DNA of 62,672 bases, the filler included. It is 9 parts of 9 records of this genome, joined end to end, with 100 filler letters (N's around TTAATTAATTAA, not from the genome) between each part and the next. Parts side by side here need not be neighbours in the genome. Positions count along the whole stretch, not along the records: positions 17,768 to 23,198 come from SRR31147125_59918; positions 23,299 to 29,002 come from SRR31147125_59950; 7 more parts are not named here. The stretch is one strand, 5' to 3'. A program made the translations under genes and the position numbers. A model generated the notes under the pieces. It was not told the DNA's origin. It made no database searches and worked only from the letters and a program-made list of their open reading frames with translations. Positions 20,026 through 29,102 of this stretch are shown piece by piece (the first letter of the stretch is position 1; the number at the start of each line of letters is the position of its first letter).

Positions 20026-20849
20026 CTGTCTAAAACCTCATTTCCAAAAGGACTGTTCGACAACATCGCCAAAGGAAAAATATCCACCGCCCTTTTGTTG
20101 TCTGAGTATCAATAATTAATTGATTTTATTGTGTACTTGATAGAATGTCAATGTGCATCTTGAACATCTTTAATCATAGATAAAAGGCAGCCACGGTTTT
20201 CTTTTCGAAATTCTCGTTTTCCATGAACAATTTGGCATGCAAAATACCAGCCAAAAATTCGACCAAATCTTTCGAAAATTTTCTTTGCAGCACTGCTATT
20301 TCCCCCAACGAGATAGGACCTAAATTGAACGATTGTCGAGCTTGCCGCAGGCACAAGGAAGATGGCTTCTCGCTATGGTCGCCTATGCGGTAAGCCATCA
20401 GACGCCGTAGATGCGGTGAGATCGGCAATTCCGAAAGGGTTTCAAATTTTGAAAAAATGGCAATAGCGCAACACGTTGCCGCCACGATACATTTCAATAC
20501 TACCAAAAATTTGAAACGCTCGACTTAGGTAGGATATGTTTTTAGTAACAGGCAATTGCATACAAAAAGGGAGTGAAAACTCCTTGACAGCAACCATGGC
20601 TTTGCGGATATATTCAGAACAATCGTAATCGTGTCGTCCTAATAAAAATAAATACATGGTGCTCCTCCAGAAATAGGCAAATTGATCGCGGTCAAGACCC
20701 ATAAAAAAAATTCCACGGGCGCCCCGAATGACGTTCCCTCGGGGTGCATATGCTTAATATTCCGAAGATAAATTTTTTCACGGGATACGGGTATCGGACA
20801 AATTGGCCATTTCTTGAAGGACACTACCTAACCATGCAGGCGGGACAAT

Positions 20850-21746
20850 ATGCCCCAGATGCCAACCATCACTGTCCAGTTGGTGCACATACAAGGCCCT
20901 CTAAAAGGCCAGGTTAGTGAATTCTCCCAATTTCCCGTCCATATCGGCAGGCACTCCTCTTGCCAAATCCGTTTTGGCAAGGAATTGAAAGCGATTTCCA
21001 GACAGCATGCCCGAATCGAGTGCAAAGGTAACCGATTTCGAATCATCGATGTAAGCACCAATGGCACCTATATTAACGGGAAACGGATCGCCAATGTTTA
21101 CCTAAGAGACGGGGATGTAATAACTTTTTCCGAAAATGGGCCCAAAGCCAGTTTTTTGACCAAAATCGGTGCCGGCAGTACTGTTATGCCTTTATCTCAA
21201 CCACGAACAATCTTATCCGATCCTTCATCCCAACCAGCTGATTCATCGTCGCCTATCCCACCTGAACCGATGCTGACCTTGGGAGCAGATAAGAAACTTG
21301 AAGTCCTCAGCACCAATGCACCGTTAGAGATTCAATCCGGTGAAGCGCTTCAGTCATACAATATCTTACCCGTAACCATAGGCAACGACCCGGCATGCGA
21401 TTTCATCATTGCCGACCAGGGTCTTAACGGTCGTCATGCCCAGATTTTCTTCAGCAAAAATAATTACTATGCCAAAGACTTGACGGAAAAGGGCGTCGTT
21501 AAGATTAACGGTCGACCCATCGAGACACAATCGGTCTTGGCCCAAGGTGCTGAATTATCGCTCACCGAGCATGGGCCCAGGTTCCGATTTCTTGGTGATG
21601 GTCGTTTGGCTGAGATAAAAGAGATGGTACCAGAAAAGTTGGAAAAGACCAAGATTGCGCCAAAATCTGATAGATTGGAGAAACAACCATCGATACGGCA
21701 AAAAATATCAAGAACATTGTTTAATGGCTTGTTCAAGAAGGGATAG
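20850..21746 (+). CDS. Tandem FHA-domain protein
   Basis: FHA1: IGRH...ISRQHA...STNGT; Pro/Ser linker; degenerate FHA2: IGND...NGRHA...INGR. Confidence 0.85.
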   Translation: MPQMPTITVQLVHIQGPLKGQVSEFSQFPVHIGRHSSCQIRFGKELKAISRQHARIECKGNRFRIIDVSTNGTYINGKRIANVYLRDGDVITFSENGPKASFLTKIGAGSTVMPLSQPRTILSDPSSQPADSSSPIPPEPMLTLGADKKLEVLSTNAPLEIQSGEALQSYNILPVTIGNDPACDFIIADQGLNGRHAQIFFSKNNYYAKDLTEKGVVKINGRPIETQSVLAQGAELSLTEHGPRFRFLGDGRLAEIKEMVPEKLEKTKIAPKSDRLEKQPSIRQKISRTLFNGLFKKG

Positions 21747-21767
21747 TCGGCCGGCAGCCAGGATATT

Positions 21768-22664
21768 CTAATCGGTTCGTCGAGTTAATGTAAGTCTGAT
21801 CATCAAGGCAATCAAACCAAGCAATAATACGTAAACGAAAATAATAGCATGCGAGGTTAATGCGAATTTTAATGCCATATCCCCAGGATAATCCATTAGA
21901 ATTAGTGCGGCGACCCAACCACTCTCATGGTTGCCGGAATTGGCGAACCCCTGGACCGGCATGAGTTGCATCGCCAATTGAAACGCAATCAAAAAAACGA
22001 TATCCACCGGTGAAATGGGCAGTTGCATCGCTTTGGCGATACAACCAGTGCATGATGCAATCGATGCCCAGATACCAAAAGTTAATACTATTTCCTGGGT
22101 AGTCATTTTACTTGTTTGGGCAAGATGCAGTGCCAACCGTTGAACCCGTTCAAGTGGTAACCGTAGTCTTTTTAAGATGCTGGGGAGAAGAATGGGGGTA
22201 ACTATCATTGCCAGACCTAAAAAAAACATCGTCACCATGATAGATCTTGGCAAGGTTGGAAATGAAATCAGGGCAACCAGGACAATCCAGATCCCCAGCG
22301 TGAAAACCTCCAGCACCCTTGCCTTATACAAGACTGTGGCCCCTGTTTTTAAATCTATCTTTGCCGTTGTTTTCAGAAGAAATGGCAGAGACAGATCGCC
22401 GGACCTCAAGGGAAGCATGTAATTCAGGAAACCATGCATGCTCGTGCAGTAGATTCCCTGGGGCCAAATTGTCAGTTCTCCTTTTGTTAAGCGGTTAAGT
22501 CGCATAGCCCGAAGAAAATAATTCATGATAATACAGAAAAACCCGATGATACTCCACCCTTTATGGACATCGCGCAGCGTAGCCGTTAATTCCTGCCGAT
22601 AAACTAAAACCAACCCGAGTACAATCAAAAACAGCAACCCGGAAAAGATATTCTTCTTGGACAT
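21768..22664 (-). CDS. Lysylphosphatidylglycerol-synthase TM (flippase-like) membrane protein
   Basis: Multiple TM helices, LRAMR, NYMLPLRSGD, G-NHESGW; likely start MSKKN at 22664. Confidence 0.7.
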   Translation of the reverse strand: MSKKNIFSGLLFLIVLGLVLVYRQELTATLRDVHKGWSIIGFFCIIMNYFLRAMRLNRLTKGELTIWPQGIYCTSMHGFLNYMLPLRSGDLSLPFLLKTTAKIDLKTGATVLYKARVLEVFTLGIWIVLVALISFPTLPRSIMVTMFFLGLAMIVTPILLPSILKRLRLPLERVQRLALHLAQTSKMTTQEIVLTFGIWASIASCTGCIAKAMQLPISPVDIVFLIAFQLAMQLMPVQGFANSGNHESGWVAALILMDYPGDMALKFALTSHAIIFVYVLLLGLIALMIRLTLTRRTD

Positions 22665-22716
22665 GATGGTTATTGAGGCATCCGTAATAGGTAATCTTGA
22701 AAGTCTGCCAGATTTA

Positions 22717-23198
22717 TTATACCTGACTGTAGTCCGTGCCTTTATATGATGCCTTTTTCCTGATGACGCGACATGGGTTGCCAACTGCAATTGAATCGGG
22801 TGGGATATCTTGATTCACCACCGCATTGGCTCCGATAGCAACGTTGTCTCCAATCTCAACGCCAGGCAAAACGACGGTATTCATCCCGATCCAAACATTG
22901 TTGCCAATGCATATCGGTCGACATACAGGCCATTTGTCATAATCATCAAGATCGTGATTGGCACTGATCAAGCCGACACCGGGGCCGATCCTGACGTTGT
23001 GGCCGAGTTTGATACCATTACGTCCCTGGATGTAACAATGCGCATTGAGTCCTGGCGCCGACCGATTCCCAATCGTTATGTTTTTATAGTTCAATATGCG
23101 AGACGTGAAGTGCACGGGCCACGGGACCCGACCGTTAATTCGAAAAATTTTCTGAGGTATGAATGCATAGGCCAAATAAATAAAGTGCAGCCCTTTGG
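22717..23198 (-). CDS. Hexapeptide-repeat O-acyltransferase, 5'-truncated
   Basis: IGNNVWIG, LPGVEIGDN and AVGNP motifs. Confidence 0.88.
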
Positions 23199-23298
23199 NN
23201 NNNNNNNNNNNNNNNNNNNNNNNNNNNNNNNNNNNNNNNNNNTTAATTAATTAANNNNNNNNNNNNNNNNNNNNNNNNNNNNNNNNNNNNNNNNNNNN
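23199..23298. other. Artificial contig spacer
   Basis: N44-TTAATTAATTAA-N44. Confidence 0.98.
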
Positions 23299-23406
23299 CT
23301 AAATTAAGGGGATTGGCAAGAAATGCGCTGCCGAAGCATGAATACGTCTCATGATAATACCGGCTTTAAAGTCACAATGGCTGGTAAATCCGTATCTTCA
23401 ATTCAC

Positions 23407-24513
23407 CTAAAAACGGCCCCATTTAAACCCGCTCAAATCCATGGAACTTTTTCCATCTGCAATCCACTCGGCCATCAACTTGCCTACGATCGGGCCTAAG
23501 GCGAAGCCATGTCCGGAAAAACCGGCAGCGATGAAAAAGTTCTCGTAACCGGGGGCTTTGTCAAGAATGGGGATTTTATCCGGTGTGGAGTGGATGATTC
23601 CGCTGAATGCTCTGATGATATTGACGTTTCTGAGAATGGGTAAAAAAACGGGCACTCTCCGGCCAAGCTCCACAAACGTTTTGAAATCCACATCCATATT
23701 GAAAGATTTGGTCTCTCGCCATGCCAGGGCGCCACCGATATGAAAATTGCCTTCCAGGGCTTGCCTGAAATTAAATTCATGGCTCTCGATAAACTGTGGA
23801 ACCATCAGGGGCAGGGGTTCGGTGACGAGGGTTTGGTCGTTTATAAATGATAACGGAAAGTCGAGTCCGACGAGATTACACAACCCTTTGGACCACGGAC
23901 CGGCCGCATTGACAAAAACCGATCCTTCATACATGGCGTCGTCGGTTACGGCGGCGGTCACTCGCCCGTTTTTCGTCTTCAACTGTCGTACAGGGGCATG
24001 TTCTTCGATACGAACACCTTTTTGACGCGCGGTTCGACAGATGGCCTTGACCACAAGAAGAGGGTTGGCCGTCCCGTCACTGGGACAGTGCTTGGCACCG
24101 AACAAATCCACATCTTTGGCAAGAATCGGCACCAATTCCCGGGCCTCATCAGGGGAAAGCATGACCGTATCCATGCCGATACTTTTTTCGTATTGTGTGA
24201 TTTTTTGGTATCGTTCAAGTTTCTCTTCCGTGTGGGCCAACCAGATGTTTCCGCCACGGCGGTAGTGGACATCGTACCCCAGTTCATCTTTCATGTCGGC
24301 CCACATTTTTACGGCTTCCATGGCCAGAGGCAACTCTTTTGGATCCCGTCCGGTTTGGCGCACACCGCCCTGGTTCCGTCCGGAAGCCTCTTCTCCCACG
24401 CGTCCTTTTTCCAGAAGGATCACGGAATGCCCTTTTTCCGCCAGCCGGTATGCAATGCTGCTGCCGGTGATACCGCCGCCGAAAATGATAATATCTGCTG
24501 TAATACTACGCAT
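23407..24513 (-). CDS. DAO-family FAD oxidoreductase (sarcosine-oxidase-beta/OoxB/HcnC-like subunit)
   Basis: GGGITG, ASGRNQGG, TPDKIP and GFSGHGF motifs. Confidence 0.9.
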   Translation of the reverse strand: MRSITADIIIFGGGITGSSIAYRLAEKGHSVILLEKGRVGEEASGRNQGGVRQTGRDPKELPLAMEAVKMWADMKDELGYDVHYRRGGNIWLAHTEEKLERYQKITQYEKSIGMDTVMLSPDEARELVPILAKDVDLFGAKHCPSDGTANPLLVVKAICRTARQKGVRIEEHAPVRQLKTKNGRVTAAVTDDAMYEGSVFVNAAGPWSKGLCNLVGLDFPLSFINDQTLVTEPLPLMVPQFIESHEFNFRQALEGNFHIGGALAWRETKSFNMDVDFKTFVELGRRVPVFLPILRNVNIIRAFSGIIHSTPDKIPILDKAPGYENFFIAAGFSGHGFALGPIVGKLMAEWIADGKSSMDLSGFKWGRF

Positions 24514-24545
24514 AAATTTACCTTTTTATGATTGAAGAAAACCGC

Positions 24546-25964
24546 TCAACTCGGATGACCGGTTGCATTGGCAAAGTCTTCGAACAAAGAGAACGGCATG
24601 GGTGAAAGCGGAGACCTCAGATTCAGGTAACCGATTTCCTCCATGGGAATCCCTTTGCGGAGCATGATCTGTGCAACGATGCTCTCACACATTCTGCCCT
24701 GACACAGTCCCATTCCCGCCCGGGTTCTTTTGATCTCGTTAATATTGCGGTATCCTTTCTTGATTCCATCGAGCACGTCACCGACGGTCACCTGCTCACA
24801 TCGGCAAACGATTGTCTCTTTGTCCATGGTATCGAAAACAGATGACGGCAACGAAAATGTCTGATTGAGCATGGCGGCGTACCGCTGTATCCGTGCATGT
24901 TTTTTCTGTAGTCGGCTTGCCTGCTGGGCCATTTGGGAAGTCGGTATTTTTCCTAATTTTGAAGCCATGTGCAGTGCCGCGAGTCGACCTTTGATGACTG
25001 CGGCATCACGACCGTCAATGCCGCTGGAGTCCCCGGCAATATAGATATCCGGCTTGCTCGATCGCATAAAGCCATCCACCTCGGGTCTCCAGTATCGCTG
25101 AATCGAATCATAACCATGGCGGCAGCCGGTGAGTCTGGCGAGGCGACCCAAAGGCAGGAATCCGTGGCTGACGCCGAGGATGTCAATCTGAAATTCTTTA
25201 TCAGATCCCGAAACAGGACGACCATTGGAATCCAATCGGGCCACGCGTACCGCTTCGACCCGTGACTCTCCGGTGGCGGAAATGACCGCCGAAGACCTTA
25301 ATATGGGGACCTGTTTTTTAATCACGGAAAGAAGATAGCTGAACGCTTCTAAAGCCACCTCTTTTTGCTTCAATATTTCAGGAATCAGCTTCAAATAATC
25401 CCGAAATGAGACTGCGTCACACATGGCGACAACGTCGCCGCCGGCGTTGATGATATTGGCTGCAACCGGAAGCAGCAGCGGGCTGCATCCGGCCAGCAAG
25501 ATGCGTTGGCCGGGCAGTACTCGTTCATGGAGAACCAGCTTCTGCAATCCCCCCAATGTCATGACGCCGGGAAGCGTCCATCCGGGAAAGGGCAAGGGGC
25601 GTTCCATTGCCCCTTCACACAGCAACAGCTTTTTGTATTTGACCAGAGCAATGGCATTGTCTTTCATCAAAGCCAGTGAATCTCCATTGAAGCTGCCCCA
25701 GACATATGCCCCATTATAAAAGGTGCAGCGATGTCGGACGGCGTCAAATTCATCGATCAGACGTTGTCCTTTTTTATGTTTGATCCCCCCGAAACGGGGA
25801 TCGGTACTCTTGAAATCAGACGAGAGTTGTCGATAGACCTGCCCGCCGGGCTCGGGATTGTCATCCACAATTCCGACATGAACACCGCGATTGCATAGCT
25901 CAGTTGCAGCAGCCATGCCCGCAGGCCCCATTCCTACAATTAAAACTTCAAATGTATCATTCAT
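24546..25964 (-). CDS. FAD/NAD(P) oxidoreductase with C-terminal BFD-like [2Fe-2S] motif (OoxA/HcnB-like subunit)
   Basis: GMGPAG, GAMERPLPFPGWTLPGV, VCRCEQV...TRAGMGLCQGRMC. Confidence 0.9.
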   Translation of the reverse strand: MNDTFEVLIVGMGPAGMAAATELCNRGVHVGIVDDNPEPGGQVYRQLSSDFKSTDPRFGGIKHKKGQRLIDEFDAVRHRCTFYNGAYVWGSFNGDSLALMKDNAIALVKYKKLLLCEGAMERPLPFPGWTLPGVMTLGGLQKLVLHERVLPGQRILLAGCSPLLLPVAANIINAGGDVVAMCDAVSFRDYLKLIPEILKQKEVALEAFSYLLSVIKKQVPILRSSAVISATGESRVEAVRVARLDSNGRPVSGSDKEFQIDILGVSHGFLPLGRLARLTGCRHGYDSIQRYWRPEVDGFMRSSKPDIYIAGDSSGIDGRDAAVIKGRLAALHMASKLGKIPTSQMAQQASRLQKKHARIQRYAAMLNQTFSLPSSVFDTMDKETIVCRCEQVTVGDVLDGIKKGYRNINEIKRTRAGMGLCQGRMCESIVAQIMLRKGIPMEEIGYLNLRSPLSPMPFSLFEDFANATGHPS

Positions 25965-26271
25965 TTTCGGAGCCTTTTTGAAAATGTTGGCTTTCGACCC
26001 GGCACCCTTCCGTGACCGGAGTTTTGCAGATTCGAACGTTGGGGATGCCGTCTACCGTCATCACACAACTATAACAAATGCCGATATTGCAATATACGCC
26101 CAGTGGTTTGCTGTCTATTGTCCTTGAAACAAAGTAGCCGGCGTTCATCAGCGCACCTGCGATGGTTTCGCCCTTGAAAGCGCTTACGGGGTTGCCGTCC
26201 AAAAAGAATTCAACAAGGTCTCCTCTGAGAATGCCTTCTTGTATTCGGGTCGCCTTATTCTTAGTTTTCAT
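25957..26271 (-). CDS. [2Fe-2S] ferredoxin-like subunit (HcnA/OdhC-like)
   Basis: GETIAGAL, CNIGICYSC...C; overlaps both flanking genes. Confidence 0.88.
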   Translation of the reverse strand: MKTKNKATRIQEGILRGDLVEFFLDGNPVSAFKGETIAGALMNAGYFVSRTIDSKPLGVYCNIGICYSCVMTVDGIPNVRICKTPVTEGCRVESQHFQKGSENE

Positions 26272-27478
26272 TTTTAGATATCCCATTAATGCCGTTTTTT
26301 ATTCTTGAAAGGCCCTCTACAATATTCTCTCTACTGGTTGCAAATGATAGTCGAATATGGGTGGACCCGTTTCGACTGAACGTATTGCCCGGGATGGTGC
26401 CGACTTTTTGCGTATCGATCAGAAAGTCGACAAGATCATTTGACGTCATTCCGGTTCCGGAAATATTGGGGTACACATAGAACGTCGCCTCGGGCTTGAA
26501 ATATGAAACCCCCTCTATTCGATCGAGTGCACTGCAGATCAATTCCCGGCGTGCTTTGTACTCATCCACCATCTTATTGATGCAGTCCTGGGGGCCTTGC
26601 AGCGCTTCAATTGCCGCTCTCTGAGAAACAGCGGTGACACCGGACAACATGTGCTCCATCAATTTTTCCATTTCATCGATGATGTCACGTTGGGCCACGA
26701 CATAGCCGACGCGCCAGCCTGTCATTGCGTAGGATTTCGAGAGAGTGAATACGGATATGGCAAGATCCTGCATCCCGTCGATCGAGGCAATACTATGGTG
26801 TCTGCCGTCAAATACAATATCTTCGTATGCTTCGTCGGAAAGTACGAAGATACCGTACTCCTGTGCAAGCTTCGCGATGTCGGTCAACAGCGCTCTGCCG
26901 TATATCGCCCCGGTTGGATTTGAAGGGCTGTTTATGATTATCAGGCGAGTTTTTGGGGAAATCGCTTGACGAATATCATCGGGATCCACTTTATATCCAT
27001 TATCTTCCCTGGCGACAACCGGGACCGGGATACCACCGAAAACCCGGATTTGAGAGTTGTAATTAAAACCGGGCTCTATGACAATGACTTCATCACCGGG
27101 GGTTATGAGGGTAAGAAGGGTATTGAAAATGGCTTGCATGGCTCCGACACTGATGAATATGTCCGTCTCGGGATCTGCTGTTATACCATTTTTCCGTTTC
27201 ATTTTTTCGCTGATCACCTGGATGAGATCTCCGAATCCTTTAGACGGCGGATACCGGGTAAATCCCTGACTAAGTGCCGTGTTTGCCGCCTCCCGGATAT
27301 GTACGGGCGTATCAAAATCGGGTTGCCCGACGCCCAGGGAAATACCGCCGGTTTTTATTCGGCTCATTTTTCCGGACACGGTCCTGATACCCGACCACTC
27401 TACGGCCCGACTTCTTTCCGATATGATCTCAGAGGTGTTTAGGTTCTTATTAACGTTCAGGGTGTTGATGGGTTGCAT
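26261..27478 (-). CDS. Class I/II PLP-dependent aminotransferase (AspC-like)
   Basis: GQPDF, NSPSNPTG, SDEAY and SKSYAMTGWRVG motifs; GGAGG RBS supports a start at 27478. Confidence 0.93.
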   Translation of the reverse strand: MQPINTLNVNKNLNTSEIISERSRAVEWSGIRTVSGKMSRIKTGGISLGVGQPDFDTPVHIREAANTALSQGFTRYPPSKGFGDLIQVISEKMKRKNGITADPETDIFISVGAMQAIFNTLLTLITPGDEVIVIEPGFNYNSQIRVFGGIPVPVVAREDNGYKVDPDDIRQAISPKTRLIIINSPSNPTGAIYGRALLTDIAKLAQEYGIFVLSDEAYEDIVFDGRHHSIASIDGMQDLAISVFTLSKSYAMTGWRVGYVVAQRDIIDEMEKLMEHMLSGVTAVSQRAAIEALQGPQDCINKMVDEYKARRELICSALDRIEGVSYFKPEATFYVYPNISGTGMTSNDLVDFLIDTQKVGTIPGNTFSRNGSTHIRLSFATSRENIVEGLSRIKNGINGISKNEN

Positions 27479-27603
27479 TTTAATCCTCCAAAAGCGTGGG
27501 AACAGTTGCTGATTATTTGTATAAACTGAATTGACGGTGTGAGCGGATAGCTGCCGATTGCAACGGTAACTGTGGTGACACCGTTTTATAAGAATGGGGT
27601 TGA

Positions 27604-27681
27604 AATAACTTACCCACCCCACCCCCTTTTTTTCCATTCATGGAGAGGGGATTGCGGCGGGGAGGTAAAGGGCAAGTTATT
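27604..27681. repeat. Long imperfect intergenic hairpin (REP-like)
   Basis: AATAACTTACCC / GGGCAAGTTATT arms enclosing C-rich and G-rich tracts. Confidence 0.45.
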
Positions 27682-27725
27682 GAAGATCGGCTCATTATCG
27701 GTAATGGTGACTTACAATGAGTCGA

Positions 27726-28910
27726 TCATGCGGTGGCCGGTGCAACGTCATCCGTTCCGTTATGGTCATCATCGCTGCCTTCATGATCGATGTGCACGAC
27801 AACTGAGTAATCTCCCATTTGCAGGATTTCATTCTTGATATTTTTAGCGACTTCGTGTGCCTCTTTAATCGATGCGGTCGAGTTGACTTCAATATCAAAA
27901 GTAATCAATTTTTTTTCTTCCAGGTGATAAATATTCAATTCGTGCATGCTGATGGCTTCAGGGTGGCGATTGACGATGTCGACAATCTTCTCTTCCAGGT
28001 CTTCCGGGGCGTTTTTGTAGGCAAATCCCTGATACCCGGTTCCCGGAGCGACATGGATCAGAATGTCGAGCAGTTCATCGGAAAATTCGTCAAGTAATTC
28101 ACTTCTGATTTTGGCAACAATGGCATAACTTTTTCTGACGCTGAACGTTTCCGGGATATTGATGATGAGTCCGACATGGTATTTCCCTGCACCGACTGGT
28201 CTTAACCTGATCATTGATATTTTGAGAACATTCTTATTGGCGAGGATTTTCTTTTTTATGCCCTTTTCCAGTTCCATGGAATCTTCATGGGGCACAACAT
28301 CCATCACCAGGTTGATGTTTTCTTTAAAAATTTCAATGGAAATTTTTGCAATGAACCCTGCAATAATCAAACATGAAACAGGGTCGAGAAACGGATAGCC
28401 CCACTTGGCTCCGGCGATACCGACCAACGCCGCCATCGAGGAGTATGCATCGGAGCGATGATCCCAGGCATTGGCAATAATGGCTGTAGATCGGGTGCGT
28501 TTCCCCACGTGCAACGTGTATCTGAACATGGCTTCTTTTATAACGATTGACAATACCGCACCGCCGAGGGCCAACATGCCCGGTTTTGCATAGTGTCCGT
28601 TTTTCAATGTGTGGACGGCTTCAAAGACGATATAAATGGACGTTGCAAAAAGGGTGATCCCCACAAAAAAGGCCGCCAGGGTTTCAGCATGGCCATGTCC
28701 GAAGGGGTGTTCGCGATCCGGAGGTTTGGCGGAAATTTTTAAGCTTACATATACGACAGCCGTAGCGACAACGTCCGACAACGAGTGTATGGCATCGGCA
28801 ACCATGGCAGGGCTGTGACCGATGACGCCTGCAAAAAATTTTAAAATGGTCAACAAAATATTGCCGATAAGGCCGATTTGGGTACAGGTCTTTCCCGACA
28901 TTAAATTCAT
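27726..28910 (-). CDS. Cation diffusion facilitator (FieF-like) with duplicated C-terminal domain
   Basis: ADAIHSLSD, HPFGHG and WDHRSD motifs; two ZT_dimer-like repeats; likely start MNLMS at 28910. Confidence 0.9.
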   Translation of the reverse strand: MNLMSGKTCTQIGLIGNILLTILKFFAGVIGHSPAMVADAIHSLSDVVATAVVYVSLKISAKPPDREHPFGHGHAETLAAFFVGITLFATSIYIVFEAVHTLKNGHYAKPGMLALGGAVLSIVIKEAMFRYTLHVGKRTRSTAIIANAWDHRSDAYSSMAALVGIAGAKWGYPFLDPVSCLIIAGFIAKISIEIFKENINLVMDVVPHEDSMELEKGIKKKILANKNVLKISMIRLRPVGAGKYHVGLIINIPETFSVRKSYAIVAKIRSELLDEFSDELLDILIHVAPGTGYQGFAYKNAPEDLEEKIVDIVNRHPEAISMHELNIYHLEEKKLITFDIEVNSTASIKEAHEVAKNIKNEILQMGDYSVVVHIDHEGSDDDHNGTDDVAPATA

Positions 28911-29002
28911 AATCACTTCCTGTAAAATATGAGGGAGTTTTCTTATTTGATAATATTGAGACAACATAAATAACGCTTAGGAATGAGTCCGAAATAACTT
29001 AT

Positions 29003-29102
29003 NNNNNNNNNNNNNNNNNNNNNNNNNNNNNNNNNNNNNNNNNNNNTTAATTAATTAANNNNNNNNNNNNNNNNNNNNNNNNNNNNNNNNNNNNNNNNNN
29101 NN
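29003..29102. other. Artificial contig spacer
   Basis: N44-TTAATTAATTAA-N44. Confidence 0.98.

Noticed and set aside
20675..20705. GGCAAA-stem-GAC resembling a c-di-GMP-I riboswitch upstream of the FHA gene
   Set aside because: Lacks the GNRA loop, the GACGCAAAG segment and a recognisable second stem with receptor.
20026..20849. Short ORFs in the 820-bp gap between the PP2C and FHA genes
   Set aside because: No clear RBS or motifs and mutually overlapping; more likely regulatory or decayed repeat sequence.
23407..26271. Hydrogen cyanide synthase hcnABC
   Set aside because: The same architecture occurs in opine and D-amino-acid dehydrogenases; the substrate cannot be assigned from motifs, and the aminotransferase suggests catabolism.
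27726..28910. CDF resembling magnetosome MamB/MamM
   Set aside because: The motifs are generic to FieF-like CDFs, and no other mam genes are on the contig.
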